Source of the DNA: an uncultured delta proteobacterium
GTDB lineage: Bacteria > Desulfobacterota > Binatia > Binatales > Binataceae
Reading direction: 5' to 3'
DNA length: 64,000 nt
Assembly: GCA_963773975.1 (NCBI GenBank)
Contig: CAVZDJ010000011.1
Location: 13,223 to 77,222, forward strand
Both the position numbers and the translations under genes were made by a program. The first letter of the stretch is position 1. Each line of letters opens with the position of its first letter. Below the pieces are notes generated by a model. That model was not told the origin of the DNA, made no database searches, and saw only the letters and a list, made by a program, of their open reading frames with translations. Shown piece by piece: positions 53,659-62,673 of the stretch.

Positions 53659-55827
53659 TCATCCTGGCTGCGTCGCGACGGCCGGCGTGCGATCAGCTCC
53701 CACCAGGCCCGCGGCGCGCGCCCATTGATACTTGGCCCCCAGCACCATAACCGGCTTCTCGGTCGTGTACGGATAGGCCGGAATATTGTGCTCGAACAGC
53801 ACGCGGCATGCCTCTTCGACCTCGACGTCGCCGACCAGCGAGGCCACGATCGGCTTGTCGATTCCCTTGGCGCGCAGCTCCTCGACCACCTCGGTCACGA
53901 GTTTCGCGAACACCAGCGGCGGCGTGATGATCGTATGCCAGTAACCCAGGATGAGCGCGTGGATGCGCGGCTCCTCCAGCCCCAGCCGAAGCGTGTTGCG
54001 ATAAGTCGTGGGCGGTTCGCCGCCGGTGATATCGACCGGATTGCCGGCCGCGCCGAAGGGCGGGATGAATTTGCGGAAGGCCGCGTCGAGGTCGGGCGGC
54101 ATCTCCATCAGCTTGAGCCCGTTATCGACGCAGGCGTCGGAGAGCAGCACCCCCGAGCCGCCGGCGCCGGTGATGATGAGCACGTTCTCGCCCTTGGGCG
54201 AGGCCATGATCGGGAGGCAGCGCGCAAACTCGAGCATGTCGTTAAGGGCGCGGGCGCGCACCACGCCCGACTGGCGCAGCACGTCCTCGTAGATGCGATC
54301 GTTGCCGGCCAGCGCCGCGGTGTGCGAGCGCGCGGCGCGCGCGCCGAGCGCGGTGCGCCCGGCCTTGAGCACGATCACCGGCTTTTGGCGCGAGACGCGC
54401 CGGGCGACCTCGGCGAACGAGCGGCCGTCCTTCAGATCCTCGACGTGCATCGCGATCACCTGGGTCGCGTCGTCCTGCTCGAAAAAAGTCAGCAGGTCGT
54501 CCTCGTCGAGGTCGGACTTGTTGCCCAATCCGACGATCGCCGAGACGCCCATCCGGGTCGAGCGGCTGAATCCGACGATCGCCATTCCCACTCCGCCGCT
54601 TTGCGAGGAGAGCGCCGCCTTGCCCAGCACGTCGTAGGGGGTGCAGAAGGTCGCGCACAGTTTGCGCGGCAAGTAGTAGAAGCCGTAGATGTTCGGGCCC
54701 ATCAGGCGCACGTTGTATTGCCGCCCGATTTTGACGATCTCGCTTTGCAGCTCGACGTTGCCGGTTTCGGCGAAGCCCGACGGAATCAGCACCGCGCCGG
54801 GAATCTTTTTCTCGCCGCACTCCGTGAGCGCGCCCGCGACCAGCGGCGCCGGAATCGCGAACACCGCGACGTCGATCGCGCCCGGGACCTCCTTGACGCT
54901 GCGATAGGCCTTGCGCCCCATCACTTCCGGCAGCTTGGGATGGACCGGGTAGATCTCGCCCTCGAAGCCGCCGTTGATGAGGTTCTTCATCACCGAGTTG
55001 CCGATCTTGCCGTCCTCGGCCGACGCGCCGATGACCGCGATCGCCGCGGGCCGCATGATCCGGTTCATCGCGCGCAGGATTTCCTCGCGCGAGGGCCGAA
55101 AGCGCTCGCGCGGCGGCGTGAAATCCAGCAGCACGCGCACGTCGAGCGCCACTGCGCCGTCGGGCCGCGCCAGTATCGGGTTGAGATCGAGCTCGGCGAT
55201 TTCCGGAAAGTCGGCGGCCAGGATCGAAACGGTTTCGATAATCGCCGCGAGCGCGTCCTTGTCGGCCGCGGCCGCGCCGCGCACGCCGCCCAGAATTTCG
55301 GCCGCCGCGATCCCATCGATCATCGAAAGCGCGTCCGCGCGGCTCGCCGGCGCCAGGCGGAACGTGATGTCCTTGAGCACTTCGACCAGCACGCCGCCCA
55401 ACCCAAAGGCGACCACCTTGCCGAAACTCGGATCGTCCGTGGCGCCGACGATCACTTCCTGGCCGCCGGAGAGCATCTGCTGGATTTCGACGCCGGCGAC
55501 CTTGGCGTCGGGCTTGTACGCGCGCGCGCCGGCGACGATCTTTTCGTAGGCCCGCTCGGCCTCGGCCGCGCTCTGCACGTTGAGCACCACGCCTCCCGCC
55601 TCGGTCTTGTGCAGGATGTCGGGTGAGACAATTTTCATCACCACCGGAAAGCCAACGGCGCTCGCGGCGCGACCGGCCTCGGCGGCGGACGACGCGGTTG
55701 CGGTTTTGGGCTGCGGGATGGCGCAGGCCTCGCAGAGCGCCCTGCATTCGGCAGGCGAAAGCGCGTTTCGCCCGCCTGCCCGTGCCGCGTCGATTACTGC
55801 CCGCACCGCCGAACGATCATAGCTCAT
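53659..55827 (-). CDS. ADP-forming acyl-CoA synthetase (acetate--CoA ligase family), fused subunits with the ATP-grasp part at the N-terminus
   Basis: N-terminal ATP-grasp (GFPVVMKIVSPDILHKTEAGGV), then a CoA-binding domain (IAVIGASAEDGKIGNSVMKNL..GEIYPVHP) and a ligase-CoA domain. 722 aa. Confidence 0.9.
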   Translation of the reverse strand: MSYDRSAVRAVIDAARAGGRNALSPAECRALCEACAIPQPKTATASSAAEAGRAASAVGFPVVMKIVSPDILHKTEAGGVVLNVQSAAEAERAYEKIVAGARAYKPDAKVAGVEIQQMLSGGQEVIVGATDDPSFGKVVAFGLGGVLVEVLKDITFRLAPASRADALSMIDGIAAAEILGGVRGAAAADKDALAAIIETVSILAADFPEIAELDLNPILARPDGAVALDVRVLLDFTPPRERFRPSREEILRAMNRIMRPAAIAVIGASAEDGKIGNSVMKNLINGGFEGEIYPVHPKLPEVMGRKAYRSVKEVPGAIDVAVFAIPAPLVAGALTECGEKKIPGAVLIPSGFAETGNVELQSEIVKIGRQYNVRLMGPNIYGFYYLPRKLCATFCTPYDVLGKAALSSQSGGVGMAIVGFSRSTRMGVSAIVGLGNKSDLDEDDLLTFFEQDDATQVIAMHVEDLKDGRSFAEVARRVSRQKPVIVLKAGRTALGARAARSHTAALAGNDRIYEDVLRQSGVVRARALNDMLEFARCLPIMASPKGENVLIITGAGGSGVLLSDACVDNGLKLMEMPPDLDAAFRKFIPPFGAAGNPVDITGGEPPTTYRNTLRLGLEEPRIHALILGYWHTIITPPLVFAKLVTEVVEELRAKGIDKPIVASLVGDVEVEEACRVLFEHNIPAYPYTTEKPVMVLGAKYQWARAAGLVGADRTPAVATQPG

Positions 55828-55949
55828 AGAGGATTCTGCCTTGTCTTAGCGTTCCCTGTGTGACGTAATTAGCGCGCAGGGCTCAACCCTAACGCCGCGC
55901 GTGCGCGCGCGTCAAATCGCAGTGGCGCCGCGACGGCCGAGGAACTCCG

Positions 55950-56162
55950 ATGGTTGAAAAGACAATCGAACTGACCGGCAGTTCGACCGAGTCGATCGAG
56001 CACGCCGTGGACCTGGCGGTCGCGCGCGCCGCGGTCACGATCTCCGGGGTGCACACGGCCCAGGTGACCAACATCGCGGCCGAGGTCGCGCAGAACAAAG
56101 TGTCACGCTGGAAAGTGACGGTAAAGCTGACTTTCCAGGTGAAGGAACAGCTTCACGAATAA
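55950..56162 (+). CDS. dodecin-family flavin-binding protein
   Basis: 70 aa. KTIELTGSSTESIEHAVDLAVARAA.T........V........N.V..W.V.VK..F matches the dodecin pattern. Confidence 0.8.
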   Translation: MVEKTIELTGSSTESIEHAVDLAVARAAVTISGVHTAQVTNIAAEVAQNKVSRWKVTVKLTFQVKEQLHE

Positions 56163-56317
56163 TCAGTCCCGGCGCCACCTCCGGCCCGCGATCGGCGATT
56201 TTGCCGGCGCGCAAGATTGGAGGAGAATGATCGTAGCGCCGGGCTCTGGCCGGGCGGCAGCGGACCGACGATTGCTGCGGTCACGCGCAAGCGACGCCGC
56301 CCCATAGGCCTTAAGCG

Positions 56318-57310
56318 ATGCTAGCCAAGATCACAGAAGTACAGCGCGGGATTTACGAACTCTTTTTGCCGCTGCCGATGCGGCCGACGATCGTCAACGT
56401 TTATCTGATCGACTGCGGCGGCGGTCAGTGGACGCTGGTCGATACCGGCATGAATACCGCCGACAGCGTGGCCACGCTCAAGGACGCCTTCACCCAGGCC
56501 GGGACCAGGCTCGAAGACCTCACCGTCCTGCTCGGCACCCATCATCACGTCGACCATTTCGGCGCGTCAGGGACGATCAAGGGATTGAGCCACGCCCGCA
56601 CCTACCTGCACGACCTCGAGGTCGAGCGGGTCAACCGGATGCTGAATCTACCGCCGCCATCGGCCAACCCCGAGGTGCTGGCGTTTTTCACCGGCCACGG
56701 CTTTCCAATCGATCGCTACCCGATCGAAGGGATGCGGCCGACGTGGATGGGTACCGACCAGTACAACCCCGTGCCGCAGCCCGACGCGTTCCTGCATGAC
56801 GGCGACGTGATCGCGGTGGGCGAGCGGCGCTTCGAGGTCGTCTGGACTCCGGGCCACGCGCCCGGCCATAGCGTGATTTACCTGCGCAAGGAAAAAGTAA
56901 TGATCGTCGGCGACCATCTATTGCCGCGCATCACCCCGCACGTCGGCATTTATCCCTCGGGACCGAGCAATCCGCTGAGCGACTTCATCGAATCGCAGCG
57001 CAAGGTGCAGAACTTCGAGGTCGAACTGGTGCTGCCGGCCCATGGCGCGGTCTACCAGGACCATCGCCATCGCGCCAACCAACTAATCGAGCATCATCGT
57101 TACCGCGAAGCCGAGATGCTCGACCTGATCAAGCGCACGCCGCATACCGCCTTCGAGGTGGCGCAGGAAATTTTCGGCGATGAGGAGCGGCCGATTTTTC
57201 ACGTGATGGCGGCGACGTTCGAGACCCTCGCCCACCTGGAGTACTCGCGCGTGGAAGGGCGCGCGCGCCGTGTCGAGCAAAGCGGGCGCATCATGTGGCA
57301 GGCGCGCTAG
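56318..57310 (+). CDS. MBL-fold metallo-hydrolase
   Basis: LLGTHHHVDHFG (HxHxDH), TPGHAPGH. Confidence 0.85.
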   Translation: MLAKITEVQRGIYELFLPLPMRPTIVNVYLIDCGGGQWTLVDTGMNTADSVATLKDAFTQAGTRLEDLTVLLGTHHHVDHFGASGTIKGLSHARTYLHDLEVERVNRMLNLPPPSANPEVLAFFTGHGFPIDRYPIEGMRPTWMGTDQYNPVPQPDAFLHDGDVIAVGERRFEVVWTPGHAPGHSVIYLRKEKVMIVGDHLLPRITPHVGIYPSGPSNPLSDFIESQRKVQNFEVELVLPAHGAVYQDHRHRANQLIEHHRYREAEMLDLIKRTPHTAFEVAQEIFGDEERPIFHVMAATFETLAHLEYSRVEGRARRVEQSGRIMWQAR

Positions 57311-57387
57311 CGCTAAGCGACTCCCGCGATCCGCTGGTCTAGCGCTCTGGTTGGTCTGCGCACTGTTGGTCTGGCGCGGAAAAGATA

Positions 57388-58065
57388 TCAGGCGATTGCG
57401 GCCTCCTGGACTTCGATCCGATTCGAAAAGCCGGTGTCCACGCCTCGATGGTTGCCAGTGACGTTTTCGATTGCGCCATCCTGACCGAAACCGAGGCCGT
57501 CGTGTGCGAGGCCATTGCGATGCGGCGTAACGCCGTTGCCGTTGCTGTGGGAGCTGACGTTGCCGTTGCGGTGGCCGTTGCCTGTGCCATTGCGATTGAC
57601 GGCGGCCGCCATACTGCCGTTGTCGCCTGCGTCCACCAGGGCAGCTTTACGCCGGCGGCGCCTAAGCGGAGCGCTTATCCGGCCGACGCGGGTCACCGGT
57701 GAGCGGCGCGTCAGGCGGCGCGGATTGAACCCGTCGAGTTGCTGCAGACGCCATCGGCGCAGCCCCTCGCGCAGACAACTCGGATCGATCCCGAGGGCCT
57801 CGCATACGGTTTCGAAGGCAAACGGGCCGTCGGCCTTGCGATCCATCAGCCAAGCTTCAGCGTCGACAAACAGCCGCCGCTGCGCGCGGCTGCGCGAGCT
57901 CGCACAAGTCTGATAGCAGCGCATCGCATCTTCCAGCACCGCCTGCATCAGGCGCTTGATCGGACGGGCGCAGGAATCGTCGGCACGGATGCCGTCGTAA
58001 TACTGCCCCGGCGTCAAAACATCGGGAATCATTATTCCCGCGATCACGCTGCTCTCCAGTTGCAT
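57388..58065 (-). CDS. hypothetical protein with Arg-rich centre and Asn/Gly/His-rich C-terminal repeats
   Basis: Coding-like ORF on the correct side of a 375-bp upstream region. Tail NRNGTGNGHRNGNVSSHSNGNGVTPHRNG. No family recognised. Confidence 0.55.
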   Translation of the reverse strand: MQLESSVIAGIMIPDVLTPGQYYDGIRADDSCARPIKRLMQAVLEDAMRCYQTCASSRSRAQRRLFVDAEAWLMDRKADGPFAFETVCEALGIDPSCLREGLRRWRLQQLDGFNPRRLTRRSPVTRVGRISAPLRRRRRKAALVDAGDNGSMAAAVNRNGTGNGHRNGNVSSHSNGNGVTPHRNGLAHDGLGFGQDGAIENVTGNHRGVDTGFSNRIEVQEAAIA

Positions 58066-58441
58066 CGTCCCCTCGCCCGTCGTTGCGCTGCGGCTGCCTC
58101 AAGTCAGTCGCACGTTACTTACCGGTGGCCAGAGCAACGGTTGTGCCGAAGAGCGAGGCTATGTCCTTGATGTGCGCAGAACGCGCCGAAGCACGCGATT
58201 TCTCGAATTTTCTAAGGACTTCATTCGCAATTTGCGTGGCTCGGGCCCGGACAATTGCCCCTTATGTAGACGTCCCGTTGGTAAGTTAACCTGGGTAATT
58301 TGGAATTTGGGTTGGAAAAAATGCAAAAGCGCTACTTATCTAGCCACCGGGCCCAAAATATCTCGCATCGGAAGGCCAAGGCCACCGCCATGCGCCTTAC
58401 GACGTTCGTCTTAGCCGGCCTGCGGCCTTCGAATGGTTCGA

Positions 58442-59089
58442 TTAGTTGACGGGGCCGCCGCGGGGACCCGAAGGGCCGAGCTTGCGCTCTTCGATCTTGA
58501 AGGTCAGCACGTCGAACAGGCAGGCGATCCGATCGTCGAGCGCCTCGAGCAGGGTTTGCTTCTCCAGCGGCGTGACGTCGAGATGAAAGCACAGGAAATT
58601 GATCAGGTCGGCATCGCGCAGCCCCTGCTCTTCGACCAGTCCGCGCCAGGCCGAGTCGGCGTTTTCGCCGAGAAACCCGACCAGCAGGTCGCGCAGCGAG
58701 GTCATCTCGGAAGGCTCCAGCCCGAGCAGCCTGCGGCCCGACGGACACCACTGGACCTGGGCCTGCCGGTAGGAATGGGAGCGAATTTCGCGTGTGACCT
58801 GGAATTCGCTGATTCCTTCGAGCTGGAGGTTGAAGCGGCCGTCGGGAAGTTTCTCCAGCGAGCTGATACGGCCGGCGCATCCGATGGTGAAGATGTCGGG
58901 ATAGGCGTAATACTCGCGCTCCCAGTCGCCCTTGAGCATGATCATCCCGACCGTGCCGTGAGTCTGGGCGACGTCGGCGACCATCTCGCGATAGCGCGGC
59001 TCGAAAATATGCAGCGGCACTGTCACGCCGGGAAACAGCACGAAATTGGGGAGCGGGAATATCGGAATGATATCCGGCAACTCGGCCAT
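58442..59089 (-). CDS. LON N-terminal substrate-binding-domain protein (stand-alone)
   Basis: MAELPDIIPIFPLPNFVLFPGVTVPLHIFEPRYREMV. No AAA+ or protease domain follows. Confidence 0.85.
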   Translation of the reverse strand: MAELPDIIPIFPLPNFVLFPGVTVPLHIFEPRYREMVADVAQTHGTVGMIMLKGDWEREYYAYPDIFTIGCAGRISSLEKLPDGRFNLQLEGISEFQVTREIRSHSYRQAQVQWCPSGRRLLGLEPSEMTSLRDLLVGFLGENADSAWRGLVEEQGLRDADLINFLCFHLDVTPLEKQTLLEALDDRIACLFDVLTFKIEERKLGPSGPRGGPVN

Positions 59090-59161
59090 CGTGGCTTTAA
59101 CGTTATGGCCCAGCCGCGGGCCGGTCAAGGCGACCCCGCTCGGGGCTTATTTGCCGCCAGT

Positions 59162-59305
59162 TTAAGGCGTATAAAGTTCCGTGCTCGCCAGGAGGTTGGT
59201 GTCGTTTGTTCCGTTCACGCCGCCCGCGATCAGGACGCGGCCATCGGGCAACAGTTTCGCGGGAAGCGCGAACTCGGTTGTCTTGCGGATCGAATTCAAG
59301 GAAAT
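59162..59305 (-). pseudogene. relic of a Kelch-repeat gene (last repeat only)
   Basis: Stop-to-stop frame reads ...RKTTEFALPAKLLPDGRVLIAGGVNGTNDTNLLASTELYTP*, a single bacterial Kelch-type motif with no plausible start or upstream repeats. Confidence 0.3.
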
Positions 59306-59365
59306 TCAGTTGTGTCTGACGTATCGCGCCATGTAGAGCGGCATATCGCATACAAACCAGCCGGC

Positions 59366-60841
59366 ATGGAAACCAATCTATTCATAGGGGGCAAGTACGG
59401 TGCGGCGGCCGGGGGCGGGCGCTTCACTGATATCGAACCCGCGACCGAGCGCGAACTCGCCCAGGTGGCCGACGCCGGCCCCGAGGACGTCGAGCGCGCG
59501 GTCGCCGCGGCGCGCCAGGCCGCCGACTATGGCCCATGGCCGAAGATGAGCGCCGAGGCCCGCGGCCGCATCATCGGACGTATCGCGGACGGAATCGAAA
59601 AGCGCGCCCGCGAATTGGGGCGGCTCGAGGCCCGCGACGTTGGCAAGCCGGTCAGCGAATGTGTCAACCACGATATCGCGCGCGCCGCGCGCAACCTGCG
59701 CTTCTTCGCCAACGCGGCGGAGGCGTGGACCCAGGAGGCGAGTTACGGCGACGCCAAGTTTCTCGGCGCCGACCTCAAGCTGGTCAGCCTGACCGAGCGC
59801 GCGCCGCTGGGCGTGGGCGCGATCATCATTCCGTGGAACTCGCCGCTGATGCTCGGCACGTGGAACCTCGGACCGTGCCTGGCCGCCGGCAACGCGTGCA
59901 TCTACAAGCCCTCGGAACTCGCGCCGCTGACCGCGATCGCGCTCGGCCAGATCGCCAACGACGCTGGACTTCCGCCGGGCGTGCTCAACGTCCTGCCCGG
60001 CCAGGGCGCGGCGGGCGCGGCGCTGGTAGCGCATCCGGGCGTCGACGGGGTCGCGTTTACAGGCGGCGTCGCGACCGGCAAGCGCGTGATGGCGGCGGCG
60101 GCCGAATCGCTCAAGCGCGTGGTCCTGGAGCTCGGCGGCAAGTCGCCCAACGTGGTCTTCGCCGACGCGGACCTAAAGCGCGCGGCCGCCGGCGTCGCGC
60201 GCTCGATCTTTCGCAGCCAGGGCCAGTCGTGCGTCGCGGGATCGCGCTTGCTGGTCGAGCGGAAAATCGCCGACGATTTCATCGCGATGGTCCTCGGCGA
60301 GATGCGCCGGCTTAAAATCGGCGACCCGCTTGACGACGACACCGAATACGGCCCGCTCATTTCGGCCGCGCATCGCGGCCGCGTCGACTCCTTCGTCAAA
60401 GAGGCCGTTGCCGGCGGCGCGGAGCTTTTGGCCGGCGGCGCGATTCCCGATCGTCCTCGTCCCGGCTACTACTACCTGCCAACCGTGCTCGATCGGCTCC
60501 GGCCCGACGCGCGCGCGGTGCGCGAAGAGATTTTCGGCCCGGTGCTGAGCGTCGAACGCTTCGAGGATGAGGAGCAGGCGGCCGCGATGGCCAATGCGAC
60601 GCGCTACGGCCTTGCGGCCTACCTCTGGACCCGCGACTTGGAGCGCGCGCTGCGCGTGGCCGCGCGCATCAGGACCGGGATGGTATGGGTCAACAGCTTT
60701 TTCCTGCGCGACCTGCGCACGCCCTTCGGCGGTTCGGGACAGAGCGGCGTCGGCCGCCAGGGCGGTCGTTTCAGCCTGGAATTCTGGACCGAGCCCAAGC
60801 TGGTCTGCCTGACCTATCCCGAACACGAGGCATCGCGATGA
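59366..60841 (+). CDS. hpaE: 5-carboxymethyl-2-hydroxymuconate semialdehyde dehydrogenase-like aldehyde dehydrogenase
   Basis: Start ATG 59366 (METNLFIGGKY...). ELGGKSP, SQGQSCVAGSR, EEIFGPV, and an RDLRTPFGGSGQSGVGRQGG C-terminus as in HpaE. The 802-aa track ORF is an upstream over-extension. Confidence 0.85.
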   Translation: METNLFIGGKYGAAAGGGRFTDIEPATERELAQVADAGPEDVERAVAAARQAADYGPWPKMSAEARGRIIGRIADGIEKRARELGRLEARDVGKPVSECVNHDIARAARNLRFFANAAEAWTQEASYGDAKFLGADLKLVSLTERAPLGVGAIIIPWNSPLMLGTWNLGPCLAAGNACIYKPSELAPLTAIALGQIANDAGLPPGVLNVLPGQGAAGAALVAHPGVDGVAFTGGVATGKRVMAAAAESLKRVVLELGGKSPNVVFADADLKRAAAGVARSIFRSQGQSCVAGSRLLVERKIADDFIAMVLGEMRRLKIGDPLDDDTEYGPLISAAHRGRVDSFVKEAVAGGAELLAGGAIPDRPRPGYYYLPTVLDRLRPDARAVREEIFGPVLSVERFEDEEQAAAMANATRYGLAAYLWTRDLERALRVAARIRTGMVWVNSFFLRDLRTPFGGSGQSGVGRQGGRFSLEFWTEPKLVCLTYPEHEASR

Positions 60842-60866
60842 ACCGCCGCGTCAAAGGAGACCCGCG

Positions 60867-61784
60867 ATGGGCGAAATCGTAGCCGCAATTTTCACCACCC
60901 ACGTGCCGCGCCTGATGATTCACGACCCCGAGGCGCGCCGCGCTTACATGGGCAAGAACGTCACCACCTTTTACGACGCGATGGAGCGGCTGGCGCGCGA
61001 GCGGTTGCGCGCGCTCGAGTTCGACACCTTCGTGCTGATCGACACGCACTGGTTTACCACGCTCGAGTACGTGCTGAACGCGCAGGAGCGTCTGCGCGGC
61101 GTCTACACCTCGGAAGAACTGCCGCAAATGATCCACGAATACGCCTTCGATTATCCGGGCGATCCGGAACTCGCCGCGGCGATCGCCGAAGCGGCTCGCG
61201 CAGGCGGACTGCGCGCGATCGCGTCGGGCTACCCCACCCTGCCGCTGCACTACCCGACGCTGAATGTGATGCATTACTTTAATCCGGGCGCGACGCGTCG
61301 CGTCTTGTCGATGGGCGTGTGCCAGACGGCGCGAATCTCCAACGACGTCGCGTTTGGCGTCGCGATGGGTGCCGCGATCCGGGCCTCCAACCGGCGCGTC
61401 GTGCTGATCGCGGCCGGCGGCCTGTCGCATCGCTTCTGGGACTACGACAACGCTTTGCAACACGCCTCGGCCTCGCCGGAGGACATCAGCTCGCTGGCCA
61501 ACCGCTTGTATGACGAAAAATTGATGGAATGGTTTAAAGCTGGCCGGCATGACGAGATTCTGCGCGCGGCCCCCGAGTATCGCGCCGAGTGTTCGCCGGA
61601 GGGCCGCTTCTCGCATTACCTGATGATGGCGGGTGCGCTCGGCGGAGAGGAGTGGAACTGGCGCGGCGAGCAATTCGGCCGCTACGAGGCCGCGCTCGGA
61701 ACCGGCCAGGCGATTTTTTATTTCGCCCGGCCCAAAGCCCCGGCGCACCCGGGCGCGCAGCCGCCGGCAGCAGGAGCGAAGTGA
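60867..61784 (+). CDS. hpaD: 3,4-dihydroxyphenylacetate (homoprotocatechuate) 2,3-dioxygenase, LigB-type extradiol dioxygenase
   Basis: Collinear with E. coli HpaD as I recall it: THVP..., DTHW..., GVYTSEELPQMIHEYAFDYPGDPELAAAIAEAA, GGLSHRF. Confidence 0.85.
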   Translation: MGEIVAAIFTTHVPRLMIHDPEARRAYMGKNVTTFYDAMERLARERLRALEFDTFVLIDTHWFTTLEYVLNAQERLRGVYTSEELPQMIHEYAFDYPGDPELAAAIAEAARAGGLRAIASGYPTLPLHYPTLNVMHYFNPGATRRVLSMGVCQTARISNDVAFGVAMGAAIRASNRRVVLIAAGGLSHRFWDYDNALQHASASPEDISSLANRLYDEKLMEWFKAGRHDEILRAAPEYRAECSPEGRFSHYLMMAGALGGEEWNWRGEQFGRYEAALGTGQAIFYFARPKAPAHPGAQPPAAGAK

Positions 61785-61785
61785 A

Positions 61786-62673
61786 ATGAAACTCGTGCAC
61801 GGAATCCATGCGATGCTGGTGACGCCATTCACTGCGGACTACAAGCTCAACGAAGAGGCGTTGCGCAAGGAGGTGCGATGGGCGCTCGACAACGGCGCCG
61901 ACGGTATCGTCGCCACTCCGAGTATCGGCGAGTTCCTGCATCTGAGCGAAGCCGAGCGCACGCGCGCATTTGAAGTAACACTTGAAGAAACCCGCAAGCG
62001 TCCCGGCGTGCCGGCCACCGCGATGACCTCGGGCGCGACCACGCTCGAGGCGCTGCACTTCGCCAAGGTCGCGGCAAAGATGGGCTACGACGCCCAGCAG
62101 GTTATCCCACCCTACTACTGGCGCTGCGGCGAGGCCGAGGTCGAGCGCCATTACCGGATGATCGCCGAGGCCGGCGATCTGCCGCTGGTGGTCTATCACA
62201 ATCCGGCGCTGAGCAAGTTCAATATCACGCCGAAGTTCGCCGCGCGCCTGGCGTCGATTTCCGGCGTGGTTGCGATGAAGGAAGTCCTGACCGACCTCCA
62301 GCATCTCGAGGAACTCTACGACCAAATCGGCTCGCGGATCGAAATCTACAACACCTTCCGCGCCCTGCTGAGCGGCCTGATGCTCGGCGCGGCCGGCGGC
62401 TTCATCAACATCTTCGCCGTGCCGGCCTCCGCGGCACTGCTCAAGGCCTACCGCGCCGGCGACATCATGCGCGCCCAGGAAATCCAGCGCCGGCTCAATC
62501 GATGCTTCCCGCGCGGCGGCGAGGAGGCGCTCGGCCATCTCGGGGTAACCAAGGTCACCGCCTCGGTCGCGACCGGGATCGACATGGGGCCGGCGCGCCC
62601 GCCCTACATGGCGCCCGAAGACGCCGCCGAGCGGCTGCGCAAACGGCTCCCGCAGTTGCAGGAGATCCTCTGA
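61786..62673 (+). CDS. dihydrodipicolinate synthase (DapA/class I aldolase) family protein
   Basis: GIHAMLVTPFT....LNEEALRKEVRW....GADGIV..PSIGEF..LS..ER. Start ATG 61786, 2 nt after the hpaD stop. Confidence 0.85.
   Translation: MKLVHGIHAMLVTPFTADYKLNEEALRKEVRWALDNGADGIVATPSIGEFLHLSEAERTRAFEVTLEETRKRPGVPATAMTSGATTLEALHFAKVAAKMGYDAQQVIPPYYWRCGEAEVERHYRMIAEAGDLPLVVYHNPALSKFNITPKFAARLASISGVVAMKEVLTDLQHLEELYDQIGSRIEIYNTFRALLSGLMLGAAGGFINIFAVPASAALLKAYRAGDIMRAQEIQRRLNRCFPRGGEEALGHLGVTKVTASVATGIDMGPARPPYMAPEDAAERLRKRLPQLQEIL

Noticed and set aside
53725-55747. 633-aa plus-strand ORF and 501-aa out-of-frame minus ORF
   Set aside because: Both overlap the 722-aa ADP-forming acyl-CoA synthetase, whose frame alone carries the ATP-grasp and CoA-binding motifs.
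58221-58262. Possible sigma-54 promoter (TGGC...TTGC) upstream of the 57388-58065 gene
   Set aside because: The GG and GC elements are on the wrong strand for that gene and are about 17 nt apart rather than the required 10 nt.
58433-59365. N-terminal 311 aa of the 802-aa plus ORF (58433-60841)
   Set aside because: It is antisense to the LON-domain gene. The aldehyde dehydrogenase homology begins at METNLFIGGKY (59366).
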